Part shown: positions 19,872 through 31,579 of the stretch, in pieces | Layout of the letters: each line of letters opens with the position of its first letter | Position numbering within the stretch: position 1 is the first letter of the stretch | Assembly: GCA_015068925.1 (NCBI GenBank) | Contig: SVJP01000003.1 | Coordinates: forward strand, 1-48,708 | Reading direction: 5' to 3' | DNA: 48,708 bases | DNA from: Oscillospiraceae bacterium | GTDB taxonomy: Bacteria; Bacillota; Clostridia; HGM11514 | Notes under the pieces: model-generated | Databases searched by the model: none | What the model was told of the DNA's origin: nothing | Seen by the model: the letters and a program-made list of their open reading frames with translations, nothing else | Program-made: the position numbers and the translations under genes

Positions 19872-20981
19872 ATGAAATTTTCATGTGACAAAGCAACACT
19901 GAACGAAGTTGTTTCTACTGTTCAAAAATCCGTCAGTACAAGATCAAATGTTCCTGTTTTGGAAGGAATCTTGATAGAAGCATCTACAGACGGAACATTA
20001 AAATTTTTTGGTAACGATTTGGATTTAGCAATCGAAAGTCAGATGACAGCAACTGTTACAGAACCGGGAAGCATTGTTATAAATGCAAGATTTTTTGGTG
20101 ATGTTATCAGAAAATTAGAAGACAACATTTTTTATTTTCAAGCAGACCAGGAATGCAATATTAAAATGAAATGTGGTTCTGCCGAATTTTCTGTTATGGG
20201 AATTTCTGCTCATGAATTTCCTGAAATAGCAGCGGTAGAAGAAAAAGATTCTTTTTCTATTCCGGACAAGACTTTAAAAAATATGATAAAGAACACTATT
20301 TATGCGGTTTGTCTTGATGAAAATAAAGTGGCATTAACAGGTTCTTTATTCGAAATAGAAGATGGTGTATTGTCAGTTGTATCAGTTGACGGATATCGTC
20401 TTGCTATGAGAAAAGAAGAAATAGAGTCTCCTTGCGAAAACCAGTCTTTTATTATTCCTTCAAAAGTTTTAAATGAAGTGATGAAAATTTTAAAGGACAG
20501 TGAGAATGAAGTTAAAATCGGCATTTCGGAAAATAAAGTGCAGTTTGAAATAGAAAATTATAAATTAATCAGCCGTTTGCTTGAAGGAGAATTTTTAAAT
20601 TATAAACAAATTCTTCCTTCTCAGAGTAAATTAAAGGTAACAGCAGGAGTAAAAAAAATGAGTGACTGTATGGAACGTGCAGCATTGATGATTGCCAATG
20701 AAGGAACCAAATATCCGGTTAGACTATCTATCAAAACTGATAAGATTAATGTGAGCTGTGCATCCCGTTACGGAAAAATGATGGATACTGCAGAAGCAGT
20801 CACCCAAGGTGATGATTTGGAAATAGGATTTAATTATCGCTATATGTTAGATGCACTGAAGGCGTGTGAATGTGAAACTGTTGTGATGGAATTTAATACG
20901 CCTCATAGCCCCTGTATTATCAAACCGGAGAAGGGAGATCAGTTTGTTTATCTGGTTCTTCCCGTAAAAATGAAAGACTAA
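19872..20981 (+). CDS. dnaN: DNA polymerase III beta clamp
   Basis: MKFSC start after AAGGAG; PVLEGILI, DGYRLA, SRLLEGEF, IGFN, YLVLPV. Confidence 0.97.
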   Translation: MKFSCDKATLNEVVSTVQKSVSTRSNVPVLEGILIEASTDGTLKFFGNDLDLAIESQMTATVTEPGSIVINARFFGDVIRKLEDNIFYFQADQECNIKMKCGSAEFSVMGISAHEFPEIAAVEEKDSFSIPDKTLKNMIKNTIYAVCLDENKVALTGSLFEIEDGVLSVVSVDGYRLAMRKEEIESPCENQSFIIPSKVLNEVMKILKDSENEVKIGISENKVQFEIENYKLISRLLEGEFLNYKQILPSQSKLKVTAGVKKMSDCMERAALMIANEGTKYPVRLSIKTDKINVSCASRYGKMMDTAEAVTQGDDLEIGFNYRYMLDALKACECETVVMEFNTPHSPCIIKPEKGDQFVYLVLPVKMKD

Positions 20982-21199
20982 TGATGGTAATAGAAATTAC
21001 CACAGATATGATTCGTCTTGGTCAGATGTTAAAAGTTTGCGGGATTGCTGAAAACGGGGGAGCCGCGAAAGCTATGATTTTAGACGGACTTGTTACGGTA
21101 AATGGGGAAGTGACTCTACAAAGAGGAAAGCAGATTGTGCCGGGAGATATTGTAAGAGTAATGGATGAAGAAATTCTGGTACAGCGGGAAACGGTATGA
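20981..21199 (+). CDS. yaaA: S4-domain RNA-binding protein YaaA
   Basis: IRLGQMLK..G....GGAAK..I..G.V.VNGE....RGK; synteny. Confidence 0.9.
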   Translation: MMVIEITTDMIRLGQMLKVCGIAENGGAAKAMILDGLVTVNGEVTLQRGKQIVPGDIVRVMDEEILVQRETV

Positions 21200-22302
21200 T
21201 TATTAATAAAATGATGCTGCATCAGTTTCGTAATTATCAGCAGCAGGAAATTGAATTTTCTCCCGGAGTAAATGTTTTATACGGAAACAATGCTCAGGGA
21301 AAAACAAATATTTTAGAAGCAATTTATTTGTTTTCTAACGGGAAATCTCACCGTGGGGTAAAAGATAAAGAATTATTGATGTTTGATCAAACCCATGGAG
21401 ATTTGACCATGTTTTTTGATGCTTACGAAAGAGAAAACAGAGCAGAGATTGAATTATTTTCTGATAAACGAAAAAAGATTCGGTTAAATGGAGTAGCATT
21501 GACCAGAGTCAGCAAAATGATTGGATATTTTCAAACGGTTTTGTTTTGTCCGGAGGATTTATATTTGATCAAGGGAGGACCGGGAGAAAGAAGAAGATTT
21601 TTAGACAGTGCCATCAGTCCTTTAAAACCAAATTATTTTACTGCTCTTGTTCAATATCAAAAAATATTGGAAAATAAAAATAAGTTACTTCGTCAAATGG
21701 GTGATTATCCTGAATTCGTCCAAACAGTGGATGTTTGGAATGAAAAAATGTGCGAAACAGGTGCAAGACTCATGGTATATCGTTCTGCATTTATAAAAAA
21801 ATTAAATGAAATTTGCGGTGAAATTTACCAAGAAATGTCAGGAGGAAAGGAACAATTACAGCTTCGTTATAAACCTTCTGCAGAAGTAATGATTGAGGAT
21901 GAAGTGTCTGTTAAAAATCAATTGTTAGAAATCATGCAGCAAACAAAAATAAGAGAACAAGCAGCAATGATGAGTTTAACAGGTCCTCACCGAGATGAAA
22001 TTGAAATGTATATTAACGGTGCTCAGGTTAAGCAATTTGCATCTCAGGGCCAGCAAAGAACGGTTGTCTTAACCATGAAAATTGCCCAAATAGAGCTTGT
22101 GAAGCAATCTGTAGGAGAATATCCGGTGTTATTACTTGATGATATTTTATCAGAGCTTGATAAAAGCAGACAAAGCTTTTTATTGGATAAAATATGTTGT
22201 AATCAGGTGATTATGACCTGTACCGATGCGTATGCCATCGGACGGGGAGAAAATAAAAGTTTTTATTCTGTTCATAACGGAACGGTAACAAAGGAGTCGT
22301 AA
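21196..22302 (+). CDS. recF: DNA replication and repair protein RecF
   Basis: FRNY, GNNAQGKTN, GPHRD, SQGQQR, LLLDD. Confidence 0.97.
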   Translation: MIINKMMLHQFRNYQQQEIEFSPGVNVLYGNNAQGKTNILEAIYLFSNGKSHRGVKDKELLMFDQTHGDLTMFFDAYERENRAEIELFSDKRKKIRLNGVALTRVSKMIGYFQTVLFCPEDLYLIKGGPGERRRFLDSAISPLKPNYFTALVQYQKILENKNKLLRQMGDYPEFVQTVDVWNEKMCETGARLMVYRSAFIKKLNEICGEIYQEMSGGKEQLQLRYKPSAEVMIEDEVSVKNQLLEIMQQTKIREQAAMMSLTGPHRDEIEMYINGAQVKQFASQGQQRTVVLTMKIAQIELVKQSVGEYPVLLLDDILSELDKSRQSFLLDKICCNQVIMTCTDAYAIGRGENKSFYSVHNGTVTKES

Positions 22303-22559
22303 TGTATCTTCATTTGGGTCAAGATGTGGTCGTAAATACAGGAGATGTAATTGCAATTTTAGACATGGATAATACCACTGTCTCAAAAATAACAAAAGAA
22401 TTTCTAAAAGGATCGGAAGAAGAAGGATTTGTGGTAAATGTATCGGAAGATCTTCCAAAATCTTATGTGTTGTGTGAAAGAATGGGAAAACCATGTGTTT
22501 ATATTTCTCCCATTTCTTCTTCCACTTTGTTAAAAAGAGCGGAGCAAAGCCGTATTTAG
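22302..22559 (+). CDS. remB: RemB/YaaB (DUF370) family protein
   Basis: MYLHLG...PKSYV...YISPISSSTLLKR; between recF and gyrB. Confidence 0.88.
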   Translation: MYLHLGQDVVVNTGDVIAILDMDNTTVSKITKEFLKGSEEEGFVVNVSEDLPKSYVLCERMGKPCVYISPISSSTLLKRAEQSRI

Positions 22560-22597
22560 TGAAAAAAATTTGACATACTGTGACACAGGAGGAATAA

Positions 22598-24529
<1,932 letters not shown>

Positions 24530-24541
24530 CAGGAGTAAGCC

Positions 24542-27079
24542 ATGAAAAAATCAAATTTTGAAAATAATGATACCCACTTTTTAGAAAATCTGGAAAACCA
24601 GACCATTGTAGAAGTGGATATTGAAAAAAGAATGAAAGAGGCTTTTATTGATTATGCCATGTCTGTTATCATCAGCCGTGCTTTGCCTGATGTAAGAGAC
24701 GGCTTAAAGCCTGTTCACAGAAGAATTTTATATGCTATGTATGAAGAGCATCTGACAGCAGATAAACCCTTCTTTAAATCTGCTACCACCGTAGGTAATG
24801 TTATCGGTCGTTATCATCCTCACGGTGATGCATCTGTTTATGATGCTTTGGTTCGTATGGCGCAGGATTTTTCCCTCCGTTATCCTTTGATTGACGGTCA
24901 CGGAAACTTTGGTTCCATTGACGGTGACCCCCCTGCTGCATACCGTTATACAGAAGCAAGAATGAGTAAAATTGCCAATGAATTGCTGGCAGATATCAAT
25001 AAAGATACCGTTGATTTTGCTCCCAACTTTGATGAAAAAAGAGTGGAACCAACTGTACTTCCTACCAGAATTCCTGTATTGTTGGTAAACGGTTCTTCCG
25101 GTATTGCCGTTGGTATGGCAACCAATATTCCTTCTCATAATCTTCGTGAGGTGATTAACGGTGCCATTGCACAAATGGAAAATCCTGAAATAACAGTTGA
25201 TGAACTGATGGAATATGTAAAAGGTCCCGATTTCCCCACAAAAGCGACCATTATGGGCAGAAACGGAATCAGAAGTGCTTATGAAACAGGAAGAGGAAGA
25301 ATTATTGTCCGTGCAAAAACGGAAGTCATTGAAAATAAAGACGGAAGATATTCCATTGTGATTACCGAAATTCCTTATCAGCTGAAAAAGGTTGATTTGG
25401 TAAAATCCATTGCAGATTTGGTAAAAGATAAAAGAGTAGACGGGATTGCTGATATTCGTGATTTATCTTCTAAGCGTGTAGGATTAAAAATCATGATTGA
25501 TTTGAAACGGGATGGTAATCCACAGATTGTTTTGAATCAGCTTTATAAATTTACCCGTTTGCAGGATAGCTTCTCTATCAATATGCTTGCCATTGAAGAT
25601 GGAAAACCCAAAGTATTGAGTTTAAAACAAATTCTTCATAATTATATTAATTTCCAAAAGGAAATTGTAACCAGAAGAACCAAATTCGATTTGAAAAAGG
25701 CAAAGGAACGGATGCACATTTTAGAAGGCTTGCGAATTGCCCTTGCCAATATTGATGAAGTCATTGAAATTATCAGAAATTCTTATGATGATGCAAAAGA
25801 ACGGTTGATGGAACGGTTTGGATTTTCTGATGTTCAGGCGCAAAGCGTTTTGGATATGCGTCTGGCACAGCTGCAACGTTTGAACGGAGAAAAGATTGAA
25901 GAAGAATACAACGGTCTTGTTGCATTAACAAAAGAATATCAGGAAATTTTAGATAACGAAGAAAAATTAAAAGAAGTAATCAAAGAAGAATTAACTGCTA
26001 TTGCCGATAAATACGGGGATGACCGTCTGACGGGAATTGAAGCGGCAATTGATGATGTGGATTACGAAGACCTGATTGAAGAAAAAGAAAATGTGTTCAC
26101 CATCACCCATTATGGCTATGTAAAACGCCTTCCCGTTGAAACCTACAGAAGCCAAAAACGCGGTGGTAAAGGAATTATGGGACTGAGCACCCGTGAAGAA
26201 GACTTTATTGAAAATATGTTTGTGGCATCCACCCATGATTATATTTTGTTCTTTACTAATCGAGGCAGAATGTATCACTTAAAGGGATATCAGATTCCCG
26301 AAGCGGGCAGACATGCAAAGGGAACTCCCATTGTTAACCTGTTGCCCATTGAAAGTGATGAAAAAATTACTGCAACAATCCATGTTTCCAAGTTTGAAGA
26401 AGGAAAATTCTTGCTGATGGCAACCAAATACGGGGTTGTGAAGAAAACACCGCTGATTCAGTACGGTTCCTTAAGAAAGGGAGCATTAAATGCCATTTCC
26501 TTAGATGAAGGAGATGATCTGATTAAGGTAAAACTCACCGACGGAAATGATACCATGCTTCTCGGTACCCATCATGGTATGGCAATTAAGTTTGACGAAA
26601 AGGATGTCCGTCCCATGGGAAGAACCGCACGTGGTGTTCGCGGTATCAGATTAAAGGGTGATGATTATCTCATTGGTATGACCAACGTATCGGAAGACGG
26701 AACCTTGCTTGCAGTTACGGAAAACGGTTACGGTAAGAAAACTTCATTTGAAGAATACCGTGATCAGAGCCGTGGCGGAATGGGTATTTCGACTTATAAG
26801 ATTACCGAAAAAACAGGAAACCTGATCGGAATTGCCAATGTAACCGAGCAGGAAGATGTGATGTTGATTAACACAGAAGGTGTTATCATCCGTATGGCGG
26901 TTGCAGATATTAGTGAATACAAACGTGCAACCCAAGGAGTTCGTCTGATTAAAATGGCAGACGGAGTGAAGGTGGTATCATTAGCCATCACCGACCATGA
27001 GGAAGAAGAGGAAGAGGTTGTAACAGAAGAAACAACGGAAATCCAGGAAAATTCCCAACCTCCTGAAATTGAAGAATAA
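24542..27079 (+). CDS. gyrA: DNA gyrase subunit A
   Basis: [25 protein letters not shown], GyrA-box QKRGGKG, acidic tail. Confidence 0.97.
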   Translation: MKKSNFENNDTHFLENLENQTIVEVDIEKRMKEAFIDYAMSVIISRALPDVRDGLKPVHRRILYAMYEEHLTADKPFFKSATTVGNVIGRYHPHGDASVYDALVRMAQDFSLRYPLIDGHGNFGSIDGDPPAAYRYTEARMSKIANELLADINKDTVDFAPNFDEKRVEPTVLPTRIPVLLVNGSSGIAVGMATNIPSHNLREVINGAIAQMENPEITVDELMEYVKGPDFPTKATIMGRNGIRSAYETGRGRIIVRAKTEVIENKDGRYSIVITEIPYQLKKVDLVKSIADLVKDKRVDGIADIRDLSSKRVGLKIMIDLKRDGNPQIVLNQLYKFTRLQDSFSINMLAIEDGKPKVLSLKQILHNYINFQKEIVTRRTKFDLKKAKERMHILEGLRIALANIDEVIEIIRNSYDDAKERLMERFGFSDVQAQSVLDMRLAQLQRLNGEKIEEEYNGLVALTKEYQEILDNEEKLKEVIKEELTAIADKYGDDRLTGIEAAIDDVDYEDLIEEKENVFTITHYGYVKRLPVETYRSQKRGGKGIMGLSTREEDFIENMFVASTHDYILFFTNRGRMYHLKGYQIPEAGRHAKGTPIVNLLPIESDEKITATIHVSKFEEGKFLLMATKYGVVKKTPLIQYGSLRKGALNAISLDEGDDLIKVKLTDGNDTMLLGTHHGMAIKFDEKDVRPMGRTARGVRGIRLKGDDYLIGMTNVSEDGTLLAVTENGYGKKTSFEEYRDQSRGGMGISTYKITEKTGNLIGIANVTEQEDVMLINTEGVIIRMAVADISEYKRATQGVRLIKMADGVKVVSLAITDHEEEEEEVVTEETTEIQENSQPPEIEE

Positions 27080-27080
27080 G

Positions 27081-27115
27081 AAGACGGGAGCCGATTTTTC
27101 GGCTTCTGTTTTTTT
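27081..27115 (+). terminator. Intrinsic terminator after gyrA
   Basis: ACGGGAGCCGA-TTTT-TCGGCTTCTGT followed by a T-tract. Confidence 0.85.
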
Positions 27116-27147
27116 GGAAAAATTTTCCTGTTGATTTTAAAAAAAAA

Positions 27148-27374
27148 TTTACAAATGCCTTTCATTGTGATATAATTTAAATTGCCAAATCAATTTAAAA
27201 CGTTTTAAATGGGGTATCTATACTCTTTTTTCGCGTACTAAACTTGAGAATTTGTTAAAAATGCAAATTCCATTTAAATTTGTATGGCTTATGCTCTGTT
27301 CAATTTAAATTGGTTTGGCGACTATCGGAGTTTGCGTTTTTGATGCGTCTGCTTCGGTGGGCGTATTTTTTATT
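27148..27374 (+). ncRNA. Structured RNA/attenuator cassette A (promoter, long stem, switch, terminator)
   Basis: TTTACA-17-TATAAT (27148/27171). 18-bp stem 27182-27199 with 27304-27321. AAAAATGCAAATTCC (27257-27271) complementary to GGAGTTTGCGTTTTT (27327-27341). C(TTCG)G-capped terminator 27343-27366 plus T-tract. Confidence 0.7.
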
Positions 27375-27400
27375 AGGAGGAAAAAAAGAAGGGAAATATT

Positions 27401-27673
27401 GTGGATGCATTAGGCAGATTTACCGTTCCTATTAAGTACAGAAAAATCATGAATATCAACCCGGGGGACGAATTGGATGTGGCGTATCAGAATGGAATGT
27501 TATTGGTGAAAAAATTAAGTCAGAGCTGTATTTTTTGTGACAAGGATGAAGAGTTATTCTCTTTTGAAGAACGGATGATTTGTAAAACCTGTTTGGAAAA
27601 ACTAAATGAAAAAAAACAAACAAGAAAGAATAGTGCAAAGGTTTCCATTCGTCGGCATGTAAGGGGACGATAA
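27401..27673 (+). CDS. AbrB/MazE/SpoVT-family regulator, divergent AbrB paralog 1
   Basis: VDALGRFTVPIKYRKIMNI.PGDELDV plus C-terminal CIFC...ICKTC as in clostridial AbrB; start codon uncertain. Confidence 0.85.
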   Translation: MDALGRFTVPIKYRKIMNINPGDELDVAYQNGMLLVKKLSQSCIFCDKDEELFSFEERMICKTCLEKLNEKKQTRKNSAKVSIRRHVRGR

Positions 27674-27674
27674 T

Positions 27675-27717
27675 GAGGGTGTAGCAAACTAATTTTGCTA
27701 CACCTCCATTTCTTTTT
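27675..27717 (+). terminator. Terminator after AbrB paralog 1
   Basis: GGTGTAGCAAA / TTTGCTACACC inverted repeat then TTTCTTTTT. Confidence 0.7.
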
Positions 27718-27792
27718 GGCAAAAACCCTTGACAAAACAGAGAAAAAATGGGATAATAGAAGGGATATGAATTTTGTTTCGGAGGATAGATT

Positions 27793-27975
27793 ATGAAGTA
27801 TGCGGCGGCAGGAATTGTACTTTTAGGTGCATTGCTTTCTTATTTGTCGAAATCCTTGTATCGATGGCTGAAAAAGAGTGAGCCTGAGGAAAAAAGTGTG
27901 CTTAAAATTAAATTTGCAGGACTGGGAATTGTGATGGTCGGCGTTGTACTTTTGTTGATATCGGAAGGAAGGTAA
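27793..27975 (+). CDS. Small two-helix membrane protein upstream of valS
   Basis: GGAGG RBS; TTGACA-17-GATAAT promoter at 27729-27757; two hydrophobic segments. Confidence 0.7.
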   Translation: MKYAAAGIVLLGALLSYLSKSLYRWLKKSEPEEKSVLKIKFAGLGIVMVGVVLLLISEGR

Positions 27976-27988
27976 GGAGGAAGTTTCT

Positions 27989-30625
27989 ATGGAACAAAAA
28001 AACCTGGAAAAGGTATATAATCCGAAAGAATTTGAAGAAAAAATCTATGAAATGTGGAGTGAAAACGGGTATTTCGGTGCTGACCCTGTCAGCAAGAAGG
28101 AAGCATTTTCCATTGTAATTCCCCCTCCCAATGTAACAGGTCAGCTTCATATGGGACATGCTCTTAACGTTACCTTGCAGGATATTCTGGTTCGTTATAA
28201 GAGAATGGCGGGGTTTGAGACCTTGTGGGTTCCCGGCTATGACCATGCAGGGATTGCCACCCAGATTAAAGTGGAAGAAGTTCTTCGGAAAGAAGAGGGT
28301 CTGACCCGTTATGATTTGGGAAGAGAAAAGTTTTTGGACCGTGTTTGGGATTGGAAAAATAAATACGGCAGCACCATTGTAAACCAGATTAAGAGAATGG
28401 GTTGCTCTTGTGACTGGAGCAGAGAACGGTTCACCATGGATGAAGGCTGTTCCAAAGCCGTTCGTCGAGTGTTTGTTGATTTATATGAAAAGGGTCTAAT
28501 CTATCAGGGAAGCCGTATCATCAACTGGTGTCCCAATTGTATCACTGCTCTTTCTGATGCGGAAGTAGAATATCAGGAACAGGCAGGTCATTTTTGGCAC
28601 ATTAAATATCCTGTAAAAGACAGTGATGAATATGTAATTTTGGCAACCACCCGTCCTGAAACCTTGCTGGGTGATACTGCAGTTGCAGTTAACCCCAATG
28701 ATGAAAGATATAAGCATTTGGTTGGTAAAACCTTGATTCTGCCCCTTGTTGGAAGAGAAATTCCTCTCATTGCAGATGATTATGTTGATATGGAATTCGG
28801 TACAGGCGTGGTAAAAATCACCCCTGCTCATGACCCTAACGATTTCGAGGTTGGTCTGCGTCATAATTTAGAGCAGATTAAGGTATTAAATGACGATGCC
28901 ACCGTCAATGAACATGGCGGAAAGTACTGCGGACTGGATAGATATGAAGCCAGAAAGCAGATGGTAAAGGATTTGGAAGAACAGGGTCTTTTGGTGGAAG
29001 TGGAAGACCATGCTCACAATGTTGGTCAGTGCTACCGTTGCGGAACCACGGTAGAACCCATGACCTCCAAGCAATGGTTTGTGAAAATGGAACCTCTGGC
29101 AGTAGAGGCGTTGAGAGTGGTAAAGGACGGCACCATTTCCTTTATTCCCGACCGTTTCTCCAAGACTTACTTAAATTGGATGGAAAATGTGCATGACTGG
29201 TGTATTTCCCGTCAGCTTTGGTGGGGACACAGAATCCCTGCATTCTATTGCGATAAGTGCGGTGAAACCACCGTTTCTGAACACGATATTACCACATGCC
29301 CCAAGTGCGGCGGCAATGTAAAGCAGGACGAGGATGTACTGGATACCTGGTTCAGCTCCGCCCTGTGGCCTTTCTCCACCTTGGGTTGGCCTGAAGATAC
29401 GGAAGAATTGAAAAAATTCTATCCCACAAGCGTATTGGTTACCGCTTACGATATTATCTTCTTCTGGGTTGCAAGAATGATTTTCTCCGGTATGGAGCAG
29501 AAAAAGGAAATGCCCTTCAAACATGTATTCATTCACGGTATCGTCCGTGACGAACAGGGCAGAAAGATGAGTAAATCCTTAGGAAACGGCATTGACCCCT
29601 TAAAGGTCATTGATGAATACGGTACTGATGCACTTCGGTTTACTCTGGTAACAGGCAACTCCCCCGGAAATGACATTCGTTTCTCTTGGGACAGAGTGGC
29701 ATCCAGCCGTAACTTTGCCAACAAGATTTGGAATGCATCCCGTTTTGTGCTGATGAACCTGAATGTGGACAGCTGTGATTTGCCCGACGAAAGCTTGTTG
29801 CAAACCGAAGATAAATGGATTTTGAGCCGTCTGAATAAGGTTGCAGCACAGGTAAACGAAAACCTGGATAAATACGAATTGGGTATTGCATCTGCAAACC
29901 TTTACGACTTTATCTGGGATGAATTCTGCGATTGGTACATTGAATTGGTAAAACCCCGTTTGTACGGTGAAGATAAGGATGCCAATGAAAGTGCACAACG
30001 AGTGCTTTGCTATGTGCTTTCCAAAACCTTGTGTCTGCTTCATCCCTTCATGCCCTTCATCACCGAAGAAATTTGGCAATGTCTGCCTCACGGCGAGGAA
30101 GAAAGCATTATGGTTCAGGCATATCCTACCTATTCTGATGCTTTGTCCTTTGAGCAGGAAGAAAATAAGATGGAGCAAATCATGCAGATGATTAAGAGCA
30201 TCCGTAACCTTCGTTCCGAAATGAACGTTCCTCCGTCCCGTAAAGCACAGGTGATGGTGGTAACAGAAGCATCCGATGTGTTTGGTTCTGCTTCCCCCTT
30301 CTTTGAAAAGCTGTGTTCTGCAAGCGGATTGACTGTTTTGGCAGACGAAAGCGGAATCCCCGAGGATACCGTATCTGTTGTCATCCCCGGTGCAAAAGCA
30401 TTCCTGCCCTTGGGCGAATTGGTGGACAAGCAGAAGGAACTGGAACGTCTGGAAAAGGAAAAATCCCGTCTGGAAGATGAAATCAAACGAGTTGACGGCA
30501 AACTGGCAAACGAAAAGTTTGTTTCCAAAGCACCTGCTCACTTGGTAGAACAAGAACGAGAAAAGAAACAAAAATATCAGGAAATGCTGGATGAAATATT
30601 GGCAAGCATTGAAAAGATGAAATAA
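27989..30625 (+). CDS. valS: Valine--tRNA ligase
   Basis: [30 protein letters not shown]-terminal coiled-coil arm. Confidence 0.98.
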   Translation: MEQKNLEKVYNPKEFEEKIYEMWSENGYFGADPVSKKEAFSIVIPPPNVTGQLHMGHALNVTLQDILVRYKRMAGFETLWVPGYDHAGIATQIKVEEVLRKEEGLTRYDLGREKFLDRVWDWKNKYGSTIVNQIKRMGCSCDWSRERFTMDEGCSKAVRRVFVDLYEKGLIYQGSRIINWCPNCITALSDAEVEYQEQAGHFWHIKYPVKDSDEYVILATTRPETLLGDTAVAVNPNDERYKHLVGKTLILPLVGREIPLIADDYVDMEFGTGVVKITPAHDPNDFEVGLRHNLEQIKVLNDDATVNEHGGKYCGLDRYEARKQMVKDLEEQGLLVEVEDHAHNVGQCYRCGTTVEPMTSKQWFVKMEPLAVEALRVVKDGTISFIPDRFSKTYLNWMENVHDWCISRQLWWGHRIPAFYCDKCGETTVSEHDITTCPKCGGNVKQDEDVLDTWFSSALWPFSTLGWPEDTEELKKFYPTSVLVTAYDIIFFWVARMIFSGMEQKKEMPFKHVFIHGIVRDEQGRKMSKSLGNGIDPLKVIDEYGTDALRFTLVTGNSPGNDIRFSWDRVASSRNFANKIWNASRFVLMNLNVDSCDLPDESLLQTEDKWILSRLNKVAAQVNENLDKYELGIASANLYDFIWDEFCDWYIELVKPRLYGEDKDANESAQRVLCYVLSKTLCLLHPFMPFITEEIWQCLPHGEEESIMVQAYPTYSDALSFEQEENKMEQIMQMIKSIRNLRSEMNVPPSRKAQVMVVTEASDVFGSASPFFEKLCSASGLTVLADESGIPEDTVSVVIPGAKAFLPLGELVDKQKELERLEKEKSRLEDEIKRVDGKLANEKFVSKAPAHLVEQEREKKQKYQEMLDEILASIEKMK

Positions 30626-30639
30626 AACTACAAGATGAA

Positions 30640-30731
30640 GAACCGTCAGGGTTATCCCGGCGGTTCTTTTTGTTTGGGGCCTTTCGACGCGGAAATAAAA
30701 AAAAGCCTCCCTCCTCATAGAGGAGGGCTTG
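30640..30731. terminator. Back-to-back terminators for valS (+) and AbrB paralog 2 (-)
   Basis: AAGAACCGTCAGGG-TTAT-CCCGGCGGTTCTT plus T-tract; A-tract followed by CCCTCCTC-ATA-GAGGAGGG. Confidence 0.75.
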
Positions 30732-30745
30732 TAAAACAGAAGCCT

Positions 30746-30979
30746 CTACCAATGTTTTTCTGTTAATTTTTTCAAACATTCTCTGCAGACGGCTCGTTCT
30801 TCAAAAAAAAATAAATCCTCTGTGCCGTCACAAAAAACACAACCTTGCCCTGCCTTTTTAATCACCAAAGCACCCTTTTGGCAGGTAACATCCAATTCGT
30901 CTCCGTGATTGATATTCAACATTCTTCTGAACTTGACGGGAATCACAAATCTTCCCAAAGAATCCACTTCGTTTCTCAT
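30746..30979 (-). CDS. AbrB/MazE/SpoVT-family regulator, divergent AbrB paralog 2
   Basis: GGAGGAG RBS, ATG 30979; VDSLGRFVIPVKFRRMLNINHGDELDV...CVFC...VCREC; clearly paralogous to 27401-27673. Confidence 0.85.
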   Translation of the reverse strand: MRNEVDSLGRFVIPVKFRRMLNINHGDELDVTCQKGALVIKKAGQGCVFCDGTEDLFFFEERAVCRECLKKLTEKHW

Positions 30980-30995
30980 AAAAACTCCTCCAAAC

Positions 30996-31228
30996 AATAA
31001 AAAATGCGCCTACCGAAGCAGACGCATAAAAACGCAAACTCCGATAGTCGCGAAACCAATTAAAACAAAAGGGATAATCATGTTACCACATTTGATGGAA
31101 TTTGCATTTTTTCCAACATAAAATATGGTAACAAAAATAAAGCATATTTAATCAAAAATATCCCTTTTTTTGTTTATTTTAAATCAGTTTCGCATAATTA
31201 TTATATCACATTTTTTAAACTTTATCAA
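30996..31228 (-). ncRNA. Structured RNA/attenuator cassette B
   Basis: TTGATA-17-TATAAT (31228/31205). Stem 31193-31178 with 31065-31050, inner stems 31173-31159 with 31076-31065 and 31132-31121 with 31093-31082. Same AAAAATGCAAATTCC / GGAGTTTGCGTTTTT pair and TTCG terminator as cassette A. Confidence 0.7.
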
Positions 31229-31246
31229 TACTTATTTATAAATTAT

Positions 31247-31295
31247 ACGAAAAATTCGTGGCAAAGGCTCCGGCTCACCTGGTAGAACAAGAACG
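31247..31295 (+). repeat. Diverged duplicate of valS 3' segment (candidate att-site scar)
   Basis: 40/49 identical to 30510-30558; encodes [16 protein letters not shown] versus val[17 protein letters not shown]. Confidence 0.85.
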
Positions 31296-31313
31296 GGGTA
31301 TTTATTTTTTGTA

Positions 31314-31570
31314 TTGTAATTTAAAATGGAATGTGGTATAATATAGTTACCACATTTTTTACTTTAATTTAATATGCCAATGAACCCATACCAATTATTG
31401 TATGTATATTTGGGGGACAAGGTCATACGCTATAGTAAAAAGCGTATGCTCTTCTCTTTGTCATAGCCTTGTCCTCATGAGCATATGGTAAGTAAAAAGT
31501 GTGGTAACTTTTGAGAGAGCCCCTGCGTTTTTTAGGTGCGTGGCTCTGCAAAGGGTTACGCACTTTTTTA
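31314..31570 (+). ncRNA. Structured RNA/attenuator cassette C
   Basis: TTGTAA-17-TATAAT (31314/31337). 19-bp stem 31345-31363 with 31491-31509; inner stem 31413-31423 with 31466-31476; hairpin 31424-31448; GCAA-capped terminator 31535-31564 plus T-tract. Confidence 0.7.
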
Positions 31571-31579
31571 TTTTTTATA

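Noticed and set aside
29600-30718. 372-aa minus-strand ORF
   Set aside because: Antisense shadow of valS with no recognisable motifs.
31255-31300. Resemblance of GCAAAGGCTCCGGC...GGTAG...CGGGGT to a c-di-GMP-I riboswitch P2
   Set aside because: No P1 with GNRA loop upstream; the sequence is fully explained as a valS coding duplicate.
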